In this document: positions 25,408 through 34,450 of the stretch, one piece after another
How positions within the stretch are numbered: position 1 is the first letter of the stretch
How the letters are laid out: the number at the start of each line of letters is the position of its first letter
Made by a program: the position numbers and the translations under genes
Notes under the pieces: generated by a model
What the model saw: the letters and a program-made list of their open reading frames with translations, nothing else
Told to the model about the DNA's origin: nothing
Databases searched by the model: none
IMG/VR virus record: IMGVR_UViG_3300037462_000114
Span: 1 to 38,566 of that record
From: a virus
Taxonomy: Duplodnaviria > Caudoviricetes
Direction: 5' to 3' (one strand)
Length of the DNA stretch: 38,566 bases

Positions 25408-25592
25408 CCCCTAAAACCGAAACAATGTGGATGGCGTGGCATCCAAGTGTAGGATTTATTGCCCAAACTGGCGATAAAATTAAATCAGCCTGTGATTATC
25501 GACTTAAATCAAGTGGTGTATTTTCGCATAAAATACCAGAGTTTAAAATTATTGAAGTCACCATACAACCAAAGAAGAGAGGGAAGGGATGA
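25404..25592 (+). CDS. Hypothetical protein
   Basis: GAGG SD; coupled. Confidence 0.55.
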   Translation: MTPKTETMWMAWHPSVGFIAQTGDKIKSACDYRLKSSGVFSHKIPEFKIIEVTIQPKKRGKG

Positions 25593-25789
25593 TAACTAAA
25601 ATACTAGAATATTTTAGAGAAACTAATTTTTTTGATAAACCCACATTTATTAGGAAAATCCAGTGTAGTGTTTTTGGCCACCCTAAACACTCACTGTTGC
25701 TTAACTACTACAAAAAACCTTGGTGCACATGGTGTGCTAGCTACATTAAAATTAAAGACGTAAGAAAGGAACCTAACAATGGAAAATAA
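25589..25789 (+). CDS. Hypothetical protein (C...GH...CxxC)
   Basis: Coupled ORF with metal-binding pattern. Confidence 0.55.
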   Translation: MITKILEYFRETNFFDKPTFIRKIQCSVFGHPKHSLLLNYYKKPWCTWCASYIKIKDVRKEPNNGK

Positions 25790-26111
25790 CAAACTAACAG
25801 AATTTGATAAAGAAAAATTTGAGTTAGATGTATTACGTCTTATATCAAAGCATACTGACACAGGAGGTTGTTTTTATCATTCTGATTTTCTTGCCGACCT
25901 CCGCCAAATCATGCCACCCATCTGCACACCAAACGAAAGGAAGTTTTTGGATGAGATAGAGAAAGGTTGGTACAAGATTCATTTCAAGATACCCCACACA
26001 TCCGAGTTGACAACTATGGAGTGCGAGGCATTCTTGGAGGACGTAAGAAGGCATTGCCAGGAGTTCCATGGGTTAAGGGTGCCATTGCCCAATGAGGTGA
26101 TATATGAGTAA
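25779..26111 (+). CDS. Hypothetical protein (PIC...FLDE family)
   Basis: 32-bp exact repeat with 24438-24469 at 25936-25967. Confidence 0.65.
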   Translation: MENNKLTEFDKEKFELDVLRLISKHTDTGGCFYHSDFLADLRQIMPPICTPNERKFLDEIEKGWYKIHFKIPHTSELTTMECEAFLEDVRRHCQEFHGLRVPLPNEVIYE

Positions 26112-26289
26112 AATAACAAATAAATACTTTATAAGCTATGCAATGAAACGGGGCAATGAATGTGGCTATGGTAACTCTGTAATGAACCTTGGTGAAAGTA
26201 TAGATATCCCTTTAATACAAAGCTACATTGCCAAAGAGGAAAATGCCGAGGTTGTTATTTTGTATTACAGGAAGATGGGAAATGACTAA
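26104..26289 (+). CDS. Hypothetical protein
   Basis: GAGGTG SD; YFISY...GYGN...VVILYY. Confidence 0.6.
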   Translation: MSKITNKYFISYAMKRGNECGYGNSVMNLGESIDIPLIQSYIAKEENAEVVILYYRKMGND

Positions 26290-26449
26290 CGCACAAATCA
26301 AAGCAACCCAAGACCTTTGTCGTCCTCATAGATACAGCTACGAAGACATAATATCTAAAGGTGCGTTTGCTACGTGCCAGAAAGGATGTGGGCATGAATG
26401 GGGACAGACGGAAGAATACAAGGCATTGCAAGTAGCAAAATCAACTTGA
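26282..26449 (+). CDS. Hypothetical Cys/His protein
   Basis: ATG26282 in ORF 26228-26449. Confidence 0.5.
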   Translation: MTNAQIKATQDLCRPHRYSYEDIISKGAFATCQKGCGHEWGQTEEYKALQVAKST

Positions 26450-26474
26450 CATTTGTAATCGGTTAAGCTACAAT
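26446..26474 (+). promoter_or_regulatory. Near-consensus sigma70 promoter (leaderless)
   Basis: TTGACA, 17 nt, TACAAT; ATG26481 is 7 nt downstream with no SD. Confidence 0.8.
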
Positions 26475-26480
26475 AGTTCC

Positions 26481-26810
26481 ATGCTACCTGGGGTATACAA
26501 CTTTAATACTATTGTCCAAAACGATTTATACCCCCAAACAACTTTTACATTTAGAGATGCATCCAATGACCCAATTAATTTAACAGGACAAACAGTTTCT
26601 CTGGCTTTTATCAAATCTGGAAGATGCCATAGTATGGAAATGCAAATTACTAACCCAACACAGGGGCAGGTAGTGTTGCCGGAATTTATAGCTGATTTTG
26701 ATTTAGGCATTTGGGAATACCAACTTAAAATTTCACAAACTGGCAGTACTCAAACTTATTTGACTGGTACTTTGCAAATAGTCAGGAGCATAGAATGTCA
26801 GTCAACGTAG
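26481..26810 (+). CDS. BppU-N-like fibre anchor protein
   Basis: D....PINLTG.T...ITNP..G.V...YQL......TYL.G...I. Confidence 0.65.
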   Translation: MLPGVYNFNTIVQNDLYPQTTFTFRDASNDPINLTGQTVSLAFIKSGRCHSMEMQITNPTQGQVVLPEFIADFDLGIWEYQLKISQTGSTQTYLTGTLQIVRSIECQST

Positions 26811-28162
26811 AAACAACAGACATAGTAGTCACGGTTATTGCTTCAACAACTGACACAACACAAGAAGTTATTGTTCAAAATATGGCTGGCCCTCAAGGAG
26901 TTCCTGGCCCGCAGGGACCGCAAGGGATACCAGGCACGAATGCACAAGATCCTAATTTCACTGTTTCAACTGGAGCGCCAGGAACCGATGTTGTTCTTAC
27001 TGGCACATATCCTAATCAAAACATTCAGATACCTCGTGGAGATGTTGGAGCGACTGGCGCAACCGGAGCTACGGGAGCGCAAGGTCCACCAGGAGAAAAT
27101 GCGCAAAATCCAAATTTTACAGTTTCTACAGGTGCGCCAGGGACCGATGTAATTTTATCGGGAACATACCCAAATCAGAATATTCAAATTCCTCGTGGTA
27201 ACGCTGGAACCAATGGGACAAATGGGACCGACGGGAAAACTATTCGGAACGGGAGTGGTGGGCCTTCATCGGGCTTAGGTGTTGACGGTGACTTCTATAT
27301 TGACACGACCGCCGATGCGATATACGGACCGAAGACATCGGGTGCATGGGGTTTACCGACATCACTTATTGGTGCAACAGGACCCCAAGGGCCACAGGGA
27401 GATCCTGGTCCTCCTGGAAGCACTGCTTTTGCAGATTTGACAGGATTTCCGAATGACAACGCAGCACTCGCCGCAGAATTTGCGACGAAAGCAGACGTAT
27501 TGACAAGGACATCCGCTCTAATTATCGAAACAGATTTTTACAATTCGACCTCTCCGTTCGCCCAAGGTCTTACAGGAACGGCAGTTTCTTCTGGAACTAT
27601 CGTAAACATTGCGGGAGAAGCGAACAATCCTGGAATTGTAGCTTTGAGAGATTCCACTATTGCGAACGGTGGCTATAGAGTCCAAACGGACGTGACTGCT
27701 TTTAGGTTGGCTGGTGGAGAGCGATGTGTATTTGTTTTCCAGGTTCGGAACGCAAGAGCTACTATTTCAGGCTATCTAGGATTTTTTGACAATACGACGG
27801 TTGCTGTCCCTACTGATTGTGTTTGCTTGGTTTTGTCCGCCAATGGAACCACTGCAAGCATAGTAGGAAGAGGAAGGGCAAACAATACAGCGGTCGATAC
27901 ATTGACAGCTTTTGCACCTGTTTTAAACACATGGTATACGGCAATTATTGAAATCAATTCAGATGCAACATTAGCCACGTTTCAAATACTCAATGCAGCA
28001 GGTGTGGAACAGTGGACTGGAACGACTACGAACATTCCAACAGCTTCAGGAAGAGAAACAGGGTTTGGAGCCGCAGTGTTTGAGTCTACGACAGATGCGG
28101 CGGCTGACATAATAAGACTTGATTACATCCGAATGGAAATCAACAGAACTTTAGTAAGATAG
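26795..28162 (+). CDS. Collagen-like fibre with C-terminal lectin-like domain
   Basis: Gly-X-Y tracts; G..GDFYIDT...YGPK..G.W; duplicated 34-aa unit; beta-sandwich C-terminus. Confidence 0.8.
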   Translation: MSVNVETTDIVVTVIASTTDTTQEVIVQNMAGPQGVPGPQGPQGIPGTNAQDPNFTVSTGAPGTDVVLTGTYPNQNIQIPRGDVGATGATGATGAQGPPGENAQNPNFTVSTGAPGTDVILSGTYPNQNIQIPRGNAGTNGTNGTDGKTIRNGSGGPSSGLGVDGDFYIDTTADAIYGPKTSGAWGLPTSLIGATGPQGPQGDPGPPGSTAFADLTGFPNDNAALAAEFATKADVLTRTSALIIETDFYNSTSPFAQGLTGTAVSSGTIVNIAGEANNPGIVALRDSTIANGGYRVQTDVTAFRLAGGERCVFVFQVRNARATISGYLGFFDNTTVAVPTDCVCLVLSANGTTASIVGRGRANNTAVDTLTAFAPVLNTWYTAIIEINSDATLATFQILNAAGVEQWTGTTTNIPTASGRETGFGAAVFESTTDAAADIIRLDYIRMEINRTLVR

Positions 28163-28163
28163 C

Positions 28164-28192
28164 TTGACATTTAAAAAATAGATGCTTGTAAT
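28164..28192 (+). promoter_or_regulatory. Putative terminase promoter
   Basis: TTGACA, 17 nt, TGTAAT; GAGGAGG SD downstream. Confidence 0.55.
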
Positions 28193-28218
28193 TGTTACAG
28201 ACAGAGGAGGATATCCAG

Positions 28219-28698
28219 ATGTCAGAAAAGAAAAAAACCGGCAGACCCTCCAAATACAACGAATCAATACCAAAACAAGCAGAAAAGTTAGCAAAGTTTG
28301 GGGCAACCGACAAAGATTTAGCAGACTTTTTTGAAGTAGCAGAGTCCACAATCAATCTATGGAAAGAGGAACACCCTGAGTTTTCGGAGTCCCTAAAAAG
28401 AGGAAAGGATTTAGCAGATGGGCAAGTCATAAAGAGCCTTTACCAAAGAGCAACAGGATACGAGCACCCAGACGTTGACATTAGGACGGTTTCAGTGGGT
28501 GGCGGTATTTCGCAAATTGTAGAAACCGAAATCGTGAAGCGTTACCCACCAGATACAACTGCCGCAATCTTTTGGCTGAAAAACCGGCGTCCTCAAGAAT
28601 GGAGAGACCGCCAAGAAATCGACCACACTAGCAAAGGCGACAAAATTACTCCTTTGCAAATCTTAAGCAGTTTTGAACGAAATAGCAAAAATACTTAA
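28219..28698 (+). CDS. terS: Terminase small subunit
   Basis: GRPSKY, GATD..LADFF.V...TI..WK..HPEF, PPDTTAAIFWLKNR. Confidence 0.9.
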   Translation: MSEKKKTGRPSKYNESIPKQAEKLAKFGATDKDLADFFEVAESTINLWKEEHPEFSESLKRGKDLADGQVIKSLYQRATGYEHPDVDIRTVSVGGGISQIVETEIVKRYPPDTTAAIFWLKNRRPQEWRDRQEIDHTSKGDKITPLQILSSFERNSKNT

Positions 28699-29959
28699 AT
28701 ACGCTAGAGACGAGCCACACCGGTTAGGGTGGTACCTGGGGTATGACAAACTAACCCCCACCCACAGCGAATGGATTCACTACATATTTGATTCCAAGGG
28801 AACTGTTGTCCTCCAAGCCCACAGGAACGCATACAAGACTACAGCGATGGTTGTAGGAGCTATTAGACAACTTTTGTTTTATCCGGATACGACAATGTTA
28901 ATCATGCGAAAATCCTTTACCGATGCGCAGAAGATTTTACAGGAAATCCAACAGCACTACGAACGGGAACCACTTAGAGCTCTATACCAAATGATAGGAG
29001 TTGATGAGCCAATAGGCGACAAATGGAAAGGCGAAGTTTTTACCCTTAGTACCAAGAAATCAGTCACGAAGGAAGGAAATGTGGAATGCCTTGGAATCGA
29101 CTCCTCCCTTACTGGAGCGCACTACGACAAGATTCTACTAGATGACATCATCACTATTGATGACCGAATTTCACGGACACAAAGAGAAAAAACTAAAATC
29201 CGATTGGCTGAGATGGTCAATATACCCAAAAGACCACATGGGACCATATCGGTCACAGGAACGCCTTGGCATCCAGACGATGGCTACAAAACCCTGCCAA
29301 CGCCCAAAGTATATTCAATCTACACGCTGAACCCTCCGATTTTATCAAACGAAGAAATCGACGACATAAAAAGCAAAATGCCGGCATCTCTCTTTGCTGC
29401 AAACTACGAGCTTCGGCATATTGCCGATGACGATAGGTATTTTGACGAACCGAAATTTAAGTGGATAGAAAACAGAATCGAAGGTCATGTGGCAGTGTTA
29501 GACCCTGCCTACAAAGGAACCAACTTTACAGCTTTGTGTATTTTGTTCACCGATGGGATTGAATACTTTGCTAGAGGGTGGGCATGGCGCAAAGAAGTTA
29601 CAGATCAGGCAGATACTATTGTCAAATGCCTTCAAGAAATGGGAGCCAAAAACCTATACATAGAGTCTAACGGCGACAAAGGGCTAACCTACAAATACTT
29701 TAGAGAACACCACCCTGGGCGCATTCAATATCACGAATACTACGAATCAGAAAATAAGCACGTGAGAATCCTGAACCGAATTAAACCGAATTGGGGGAAA
29801 ATTAACTTCCACCCCGACACACAAGGCGAATGGCTGAATCAAATTCTTGACTACCAAGAAGGGCAAGAGCCAGACGACGCTCCGGATTCACTCGCAGGCG
29901 CATTGCGAAGGCTACCTCTAAAGTCGAGAGGCTCCGTAATTATTGGGAACATTCGCTAA
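28673..29959 (+). CDS. terL: Terminase large subunit
   Basis: HR.AYKTT (Walker A variant), ILLDD (Walker B), GTPWH, nuclease LDPA...E.N...DDAPD. Confidence 0.92.
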   Translation: MNEIAKILKYARDEPHRLGWYLGYDKLTPTHSEWIHYIFDSKGTVVLQAHRNAYKTTAMVVGAIRQLLFYPDTTMLIMRKSFTDAQKILQEIQQHYEREPLRALYQMIGVDEPIGDKWKGEVFTLSTKKSVTKEGNVECLGIDSSLTGAHYDKILLDDIITIDDRISRTQREKTKIRLAEMVNIPKRPHGTISVTGTPWHPDDGYKTLPTPKVYSIYTLNPPILSNEEIDDIKSKMPASLFAANYELRHIADDDRYFDEPKFKWIENRIEGHVAVLDPAYKGTNFTALCILFTDGIEYFARGWAWRKEVTDQADTIVKCLQEMGAKNLYIESNGDKGLTYKYFREHHPGRIQYHEYYESENKHVRILNRIKPNWGKINFHPDTQGEWLNQILDYQEGQEPDDAPDSLAGALRRLPLKSRGSVIIGNIR

Positions 29960-29976
29960 CATGACAAAATGTCAGG
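29958..29976. promoter_or_regulatory. 19-bp operator-like dyad
   Basis: AACATGACAAAATGTCAGG is the exact reverse complement of 566-584. Confidence 0.75.
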
Positions 29977-29983
29977 AATATGC

Positions 29984-30017
29984 TTGACATTTTACCTAAA
30001 TATGACCTAGTCTAGGT
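29984..30017 (+). promoter_or_regulatory. Portal promoter (leaderless)
   Basis: TTGACA, 18 nt, TAGTCT, 4 nt, ATG; ACCTAG-T-CTAGGT palindrome over the -10. Confidence 0.55.
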
Positions 30018-31307
30018 ATGCCTACAGTCACTGCCAAGCTATCACTTAAAGAACGTGTGACTGTTGCAGTCAAAGGGCAGTATGTATATAACTACAATGC
30101 CAACCCAATAAACCCTTTGTTTGGGCCACAGCTCACATTCGACCAAACAGGAATCGGAGACTATAAATCATACCCCGACCAAGTAAGGGCAACCTATCGT
30201 AAATATTTAGGCGAAGATTATTTCGGGAGAACATACGTTAAATCTATTGTTGATTTCCGCACATCATACATAGCAGGGAATGGCGCTGTAATCAAAGCCA
30301 ACGAAAAGAATTCGATTGAGGCAAAGTTTGTAGAAGGCTTTCTTAAAATCAATAAACTAGACGGCGGGAATTTTTCTACTTTGGTCCGATACACTGAACT
30401 AGAAGGACGTGGGTTGTTGGTGCTTAACCAGAAAGAATACGATAGAATGAAGCAAGTTAAAGCCACCCACATTCCTTGGGACAACGGACTCTATACCCCT
30501 ATCCAATCCAAAACTCAGCCCGACGTGATTGAAAAAATAGAAATGGCAGGCAAGGATATCATGCCTGACCGATTTGTATATATGCAAACCGGAGGGGTAC
30601 CGCACAGACCAGAACGACCTACCAACAAAATTCATATTGCTTTAAATGACTTAGAACACCTTGACCGGTGCTTACAGGATTGGGGGCAATACAACCAACT
30701 TTACGGGTTAGGCACTCCTGTCTTTGAGATGATGTCCTGGGAAGATGCCGAGGAAATCGCAAAACAAATTAAAGATATGGATTGGAAGGCAGGCAAGTCT
30801 ATTGCTATGCCTGGCAAACATTACTACGCAGTCCCCGACGGCGCAGGTCAAGCCTCAATGGAGGCTGAGATAAAAACTAGGATTAAAAAGGTATCAGGTC
30901 TTACTGGGATGCCACCTCATTTTTTTGGGTTCACGGATCTTCTATCCAACCGAGCAACAGCCGAATCAATGCTTGAGCAGATTTCAATCGCAACTACAGA
31001 AGAACGAAACACTATTCAGGACAAACTCATAGAGCTAGTTCAGAAATCGGTTGATATGTACAATAAGCTAAACAATGCAAAAGTGGACGCTTCTAAAATA
31101 TCTGTTCAATTGCCAATGGCTTCTCAGGAACAAATTAAACTTTTGTTTGATGTTTATGTTCCTCTCTCGCAGATGGGCTACATTTCGAAAGACACTGTCC
31201 GCAATATGGTCCCAAACACAGATCCAGAAGAAGAAGCTAAAAAAATGGCGTCTGAGCCAATGACTTCCTCTGAAATAATCCTTAACAACTCAGGAGCGAC
31301 CACATGA
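30018..31307 (+). CDS. Portal protein
   Basis: 429 aa after terL; TG.PPHFFG....SNRATA motif. Confidence 0.85.
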   Translation: MPTVTAKLSLKERVTVAVKGQYVYNYNANPINPLFGPQLTFDQTGIGDYKSYPDQVRATYRKYLGEDYFGRTYVKSIVDFRTSYIAGNGAVIKANEKNSIEAKFVEGFLKINKLDGGNFSTLVRYTELEGRGLLVLNQKEYDRMKQVKATHIPWDNGLYTPIQSKTQPDVIEKIEMAGKDIMPDRFVYMQTGGVPHRPERPTNKIHIALNDLEHLDRCLQDWGQYNQLYGLGTPVFEMMSWEDAEEIAKQIKDMDWKAGKSIAMPGKHYYAVPDGAGQASMEAEIKTRIKKVSGLTGMPPHFFGFTDLLSNRATAESMLEQISIATTEERNTIQDKLIELVQKSVDMYNKLNNAKVDASKISVQLPMASQEQIKLLFDVYVPLSQMGYISKDTVRNMVPNTDPEEEAKKMASEPMTSSEIILNNSGATT

Positions 31308-32416
31308 AAGTAATAGTCAAGGCTTCAGAATTCGCTTTGCCCGCATCCGAGATACTATCCTATGTTGAGCCTACCATTCTATCTTACATTAAAGGCTTTA
31401 ATGAAAAGCCATTGCTTAAAGCCTATGTTGTCGCTTCAAATGAAGAATTGGTAACCCCAGGCTTTGAGGCTGGTTACGACGGTCCAACTGAACTATCATT
31501 TTCCAAAGAAGCAGTCGCCGATGTGTATGAAAAAATCAAGCCAGGCAATCCTATCTATTATGACCATTGGGAAGATTCACCAAAAGAAAAAGAACGTGAA
31601 ACCGTTGGGAGTGTTGTTGGTAAAGCACTCAAAAAAATAGGCAACAAAATCTATGCAATTGTAGTTGGGTTTTTCAATGAAGATAACGAGGAGCTTGCCC
31701 TTGAGCATGACAGCGTATCTATGGAAGCCAATTGGGTTATTGAACCAGATGGAAGTGTTAAATCCATTTCAGAATTTGACGCTGTGGCAATAGTTCCCAA
31801 CCAAGATAAACCGGCATTTAAAACAGCAAAATCTATTGGAGTAGTAAAAGCAAAAGATATGACAACACCAACGAGCCTTGATTGGCACACATTGGAAGCA
31901 GAATTCCGCAAGATGAAAGGTCTTGCATCGCAGGTATCAGACCCTAATGAAATGATTGGGGATCTGCAATGGTCCGAAACTGGAGAACCCATCCTGACAG
32001 GTGTGGACAAAAAGTATGTGGCCAAAGCTGTAGAACTGATTAAGAAAGCAGTTGAGAAAGCAAAATCTCAAAAGGACCCAGGCATCACAGAAAAGCTTGC
32101 CGAATACGAATCGTTGAAAAAAGAAATTGGGATGCTCAAAGCAAAACCAATGCTACTTGAAAAAGCAAAAGAAAGAAAGCTTGGGGACGAATTTGTATCA
32201 TTTATCGAAAAAAGAATCGAACGCTTTAAACCTTCCGAGAACATTGAGGAGTCTATTAAGGATTTTCTCGATGATAAAGCTCTGGATTTTGCGGACATTT
32301 ACAAGCAAAGCACTAAAGAAATCACAAAGCCAGATAGACAAGAGACAAAGCCAACTCTTGACGGTGAAATCACCGATTACAACGACCCAAAACAAAACCC
32401 ATTTTTAGAGGATTAA
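31304..32416 (+). CDS. Prohead protease-scaffold fusion
   Basis: Y.DH...VG.V...VSME...AVA....PAF..A herpes/HK97-like protease pattern, then charged helical scaffold. Confidence 0.7.
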   Translation: MKVIVKASEFALPASEILSYVEPTILSYIKGFNEKPLLKAYVVASNEELVTPGFEAGYDGPTELSFSKEAVADVYEKIKPGNPIYYDHWEDSPKEKERETVGSVVGKALKKIGNKIYAIVVGFFNEDNEELALEHDSVSMEANWVIEPDGSVKSISEFDAVAIVPNQDKPAFKTAKSIGVVKAKDMTTPTSLDWHTLEAEFRKMKGLASQVSDPNEMIGDLQWSETGEPILTGVDKKYVAKAVELIKKAVEKAKSQKDPGITEKLAEYESLKKEIGMLKAKPMLLEKAKERKLGDEFVSFIEKRIERFKPSENIEESIKDFLDDKALDFADIYKQSTKEITKPDRQETKPTLDGEITDYNDPKQNPFLED

Positions 32417-32417
32417 C

Positions 32418-32606
32418 ATGGCAGTAGCAAGACAAGGAATCATTAAACAAACCGATGGATACATCACACTGGACGAACACATCCGAATGCCCCAAGACGA
32501 TGAGTATGCTCCAGAACCAACTCTTTCACAGGAATCTGTGGATGATAACGACTCGCCAAAGACGGATAGTGCGGCGACAAAAACCAAACGCAAAACAAAG
32601 GAGTAA
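32418..32606 (+). CDS. Small head-region protein
   Basis: GAGG SD; low complexity with basic C-terminus. Confidence 0.55.
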   Translation: MAVARQGIIKQTDGYITLDEHIRMPQDDEYAPEPTLSQESVDDNDSPKTDSAATKTKRKTKE

Positions 32607-32609
32607 ACT

Positions 32610-32996
32610 ATGTCAGTTTTCTTTTTACAATCCCCATTGCGTGAGACTGTCCAAATTCAAGTCCCTGTACCTACAGGTGGATATGACCAAGGTCAAGCCG
32701 TCGCAATTTCCAACGTGCTAGGATTCGCTCTTACAACAGCAGACCCTATTGCATCCAACGATGAAACCATTGAATCTTCCAGGCTTGTGACTTTTATCAC
32801 AGAAGCCGCCGAAGTAAAGGCAAAGAAAAACACATCCCTCCAAATTAACCGAGGCGATGAGGTATTTTATGACACTGCTGATGGTAACATTAACAAGTCG
32901 CCAACAGGCAACACTTTCTGCGGATACGCTCTGGAGTCTGTTTCAGCTTCAGCCCAATTCGTAAAAATCAGATTCCAAGGAGGAGAAAATGATTAG
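32610..32996 (+). CDS. Capsid decoration/cement protein (DUF2190-like)
   Basis: KK.....I.RGD.VFYD......GN..CGYALE; directly before MCP. Confidence 0.75.
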   Translation: MSVFFLQSPLRETVQIQVPVPTGGYDQGQAVAISNVLGFALTTADPIASNDETIESSRLVTFITEAAEVKAKKNTSLQINRGDEVFYDTADGNINKSPTGNTFCGYALESVSASAQFVKIRFQGGEND

Positions 32997-34059
32997 ATCA
33001 TTAATCCCAGAAGACCACGCAAAACAAGTCCAGTTTATGGACGCACTTCAGTGCGCATACCTTGGCGAAAAAACAGATACTTTCGGTACAGGCACAAAAG
33101 AAGCTCGTATCAAAGCATCCAATATAGTTCGCTCTCGTATTGTAAACTATGCAAAACAACCAGGCGAAATCGCAAAGAGAAAATCAGTTGCAGCCGTTAA
33201 AGCTACAATGACTTCAAGTGATCTTCCTGAAATGACTACTAACAGTTTTGATGTTATATATGCTCAACAGCAATATGATACAGACTGGATGCTTGCTTTC
33301 AAATCTGTGCCTGTAGATCCAGGTAAAAACTTTTTTGAAATCGCAACTATCGACAATGGTTTGTCTGTAAAGTTAGTTCCAGAAGGCGCAAAACTGTCTC
33401 TCGAAAAACTCACAGGTTCAAAGGTTATTGTATCCGTAAACAAATACGGACAAGGTATCCAATGGACCGATGAGATGATTCGGTTCAGACAACTTGGATT
33501 AATGGCAGAAATTGGCGAAAGCCAGATTGAAGCTCATTGGGCTGACAAAGCAGACCGTCACTATGCAGCACTAAGAGCAGCAGCAGTATCTAACGCATCA
33601 ACAGCATACCAGTCTACAACTGGGAACGCAGTGGTTGACAATGATATTGATACTCTTGGTCAAGCATACTCTGACCTAGTAGTGGACAATAAAGACGCAT
33701 TCCGAGGCATTACTGCTAACGTGAACGTGCTTCTTTACTTGCCAATCGAAGCAAAGACTCGAATCAACCGTGCAATGAGAAAGCTCATTAACGACGTTCA
33801 AGGTTCTGATCTTCGGGTTCCTTGGACTGTGACTCCTGTCTACACTTTGAACGAATCCATTGCTACAACTGCAACTGGAGATTCATTCACAGGTGTGATG
33901 GTATTGCCACAGCGCAAAATCCAAACTGGTCAAGTTTTGGCTCCAACCATCTATTCAGAACAAGACATCCTCTCTCTGTCTTACATCCAGACAGCTTGGG
34001 AATACTTCGGTTCTGGAATTGGTTTGAATAAACAGTGCCGACTTGTAAACTTCGACTAG
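32989..34059 (+). CDS. Major capsid protein (HK97 fold)
   Basis: Size and position; VPEG...KYG.GI.WTDEMI E-loop pattern; AGGAGG SD. Confidence 0.85.
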   Translation: MIRSLIPEDHAKQVQFMDALQCAYLGEKTDTFGTGTKEARIKASNIVRSRIVNYAKQPGEIAKRKSVAAVKATMTSSDLPEMTTNSFDVIYAQQQYDTDWMLAFKSVPVDPGKNFFEIATIDNGLSVKLVPEGAKLSLEKLTGSKVIVSVNKYGQGIQWTDEMIRFRQLGLMAEIGESQIEAHWADKADRHYAALRAAAVSNASTAYQSTTGNAVVDNDIDTLGQAYSDLVVDNKDAFRGITANVNVLLYLPIEAKTRINRAMRKLINDVQGSDLRVPWTVTPVYTLNESIATTATGDSFTGVMVLPQRKIQTGQVLAPTIYSEQDILSLSYIQTAWEYFGSGIGLNKQCRLVNFD

Positions 34060-34060
34060 A

Positions 34061-34450
34061 ATGCAACCTTGGGTTTCACAGTCAGAAGCTGAAACTCTTG
34101 TAGAAGGCTATCCGGTAACCATCCCGGATAGTTTTGACAAGTGGATCAACCAGGCTTTTATTTTAATCTCTAAAAATACAGCTTACTCATTTCCAACAGA
34201 CCCAACTGAAGACATGAAGCTAGCCTTGTCACTTTACGCCTGCATTTTAGGTAGTGGCGAAACAGGAAGCGCAGATCTCAAAAGCCAGGGGGTAACTTCC
34301 TTTTCTATTGGGAACTTTTCTCAATCGTATTCGGATAAGCTACTTACAGGTCTTGACCAATACCCCGAGCCCGTCAAATCTTTGCTTGCACAATATAGAA
34401 CAGGCCGTAATGTAATACCTAAACTAACTAGGACGTACCCTCGCAACTAA
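34061..34450 (+). CDS. Head-tail adaptor
   Basis: WVS..EAE...QGVTSFSIG.FS.SY...LL..Y; follows MCP. Confidence 0.75.
   Translation: MQPWVSQSEAETLVEGYPVTIPDSFDKWINQAFILISKNTAYSFPTDPTEDMKLALSLYACILGSGETGSADLKSQGVTSFSIGNFSQSYSDKLLTGLDQYPEPVKSLLAQYRTGRNVIPKLTRTYPRN

Noticed and set aside
23749-25967. Repeats as a CRISPR mini-array or att sites
   Set aside because: Only two copies each, spaced hundreds of bases apart, inside coding or SD sequence; no cas or integrase genes
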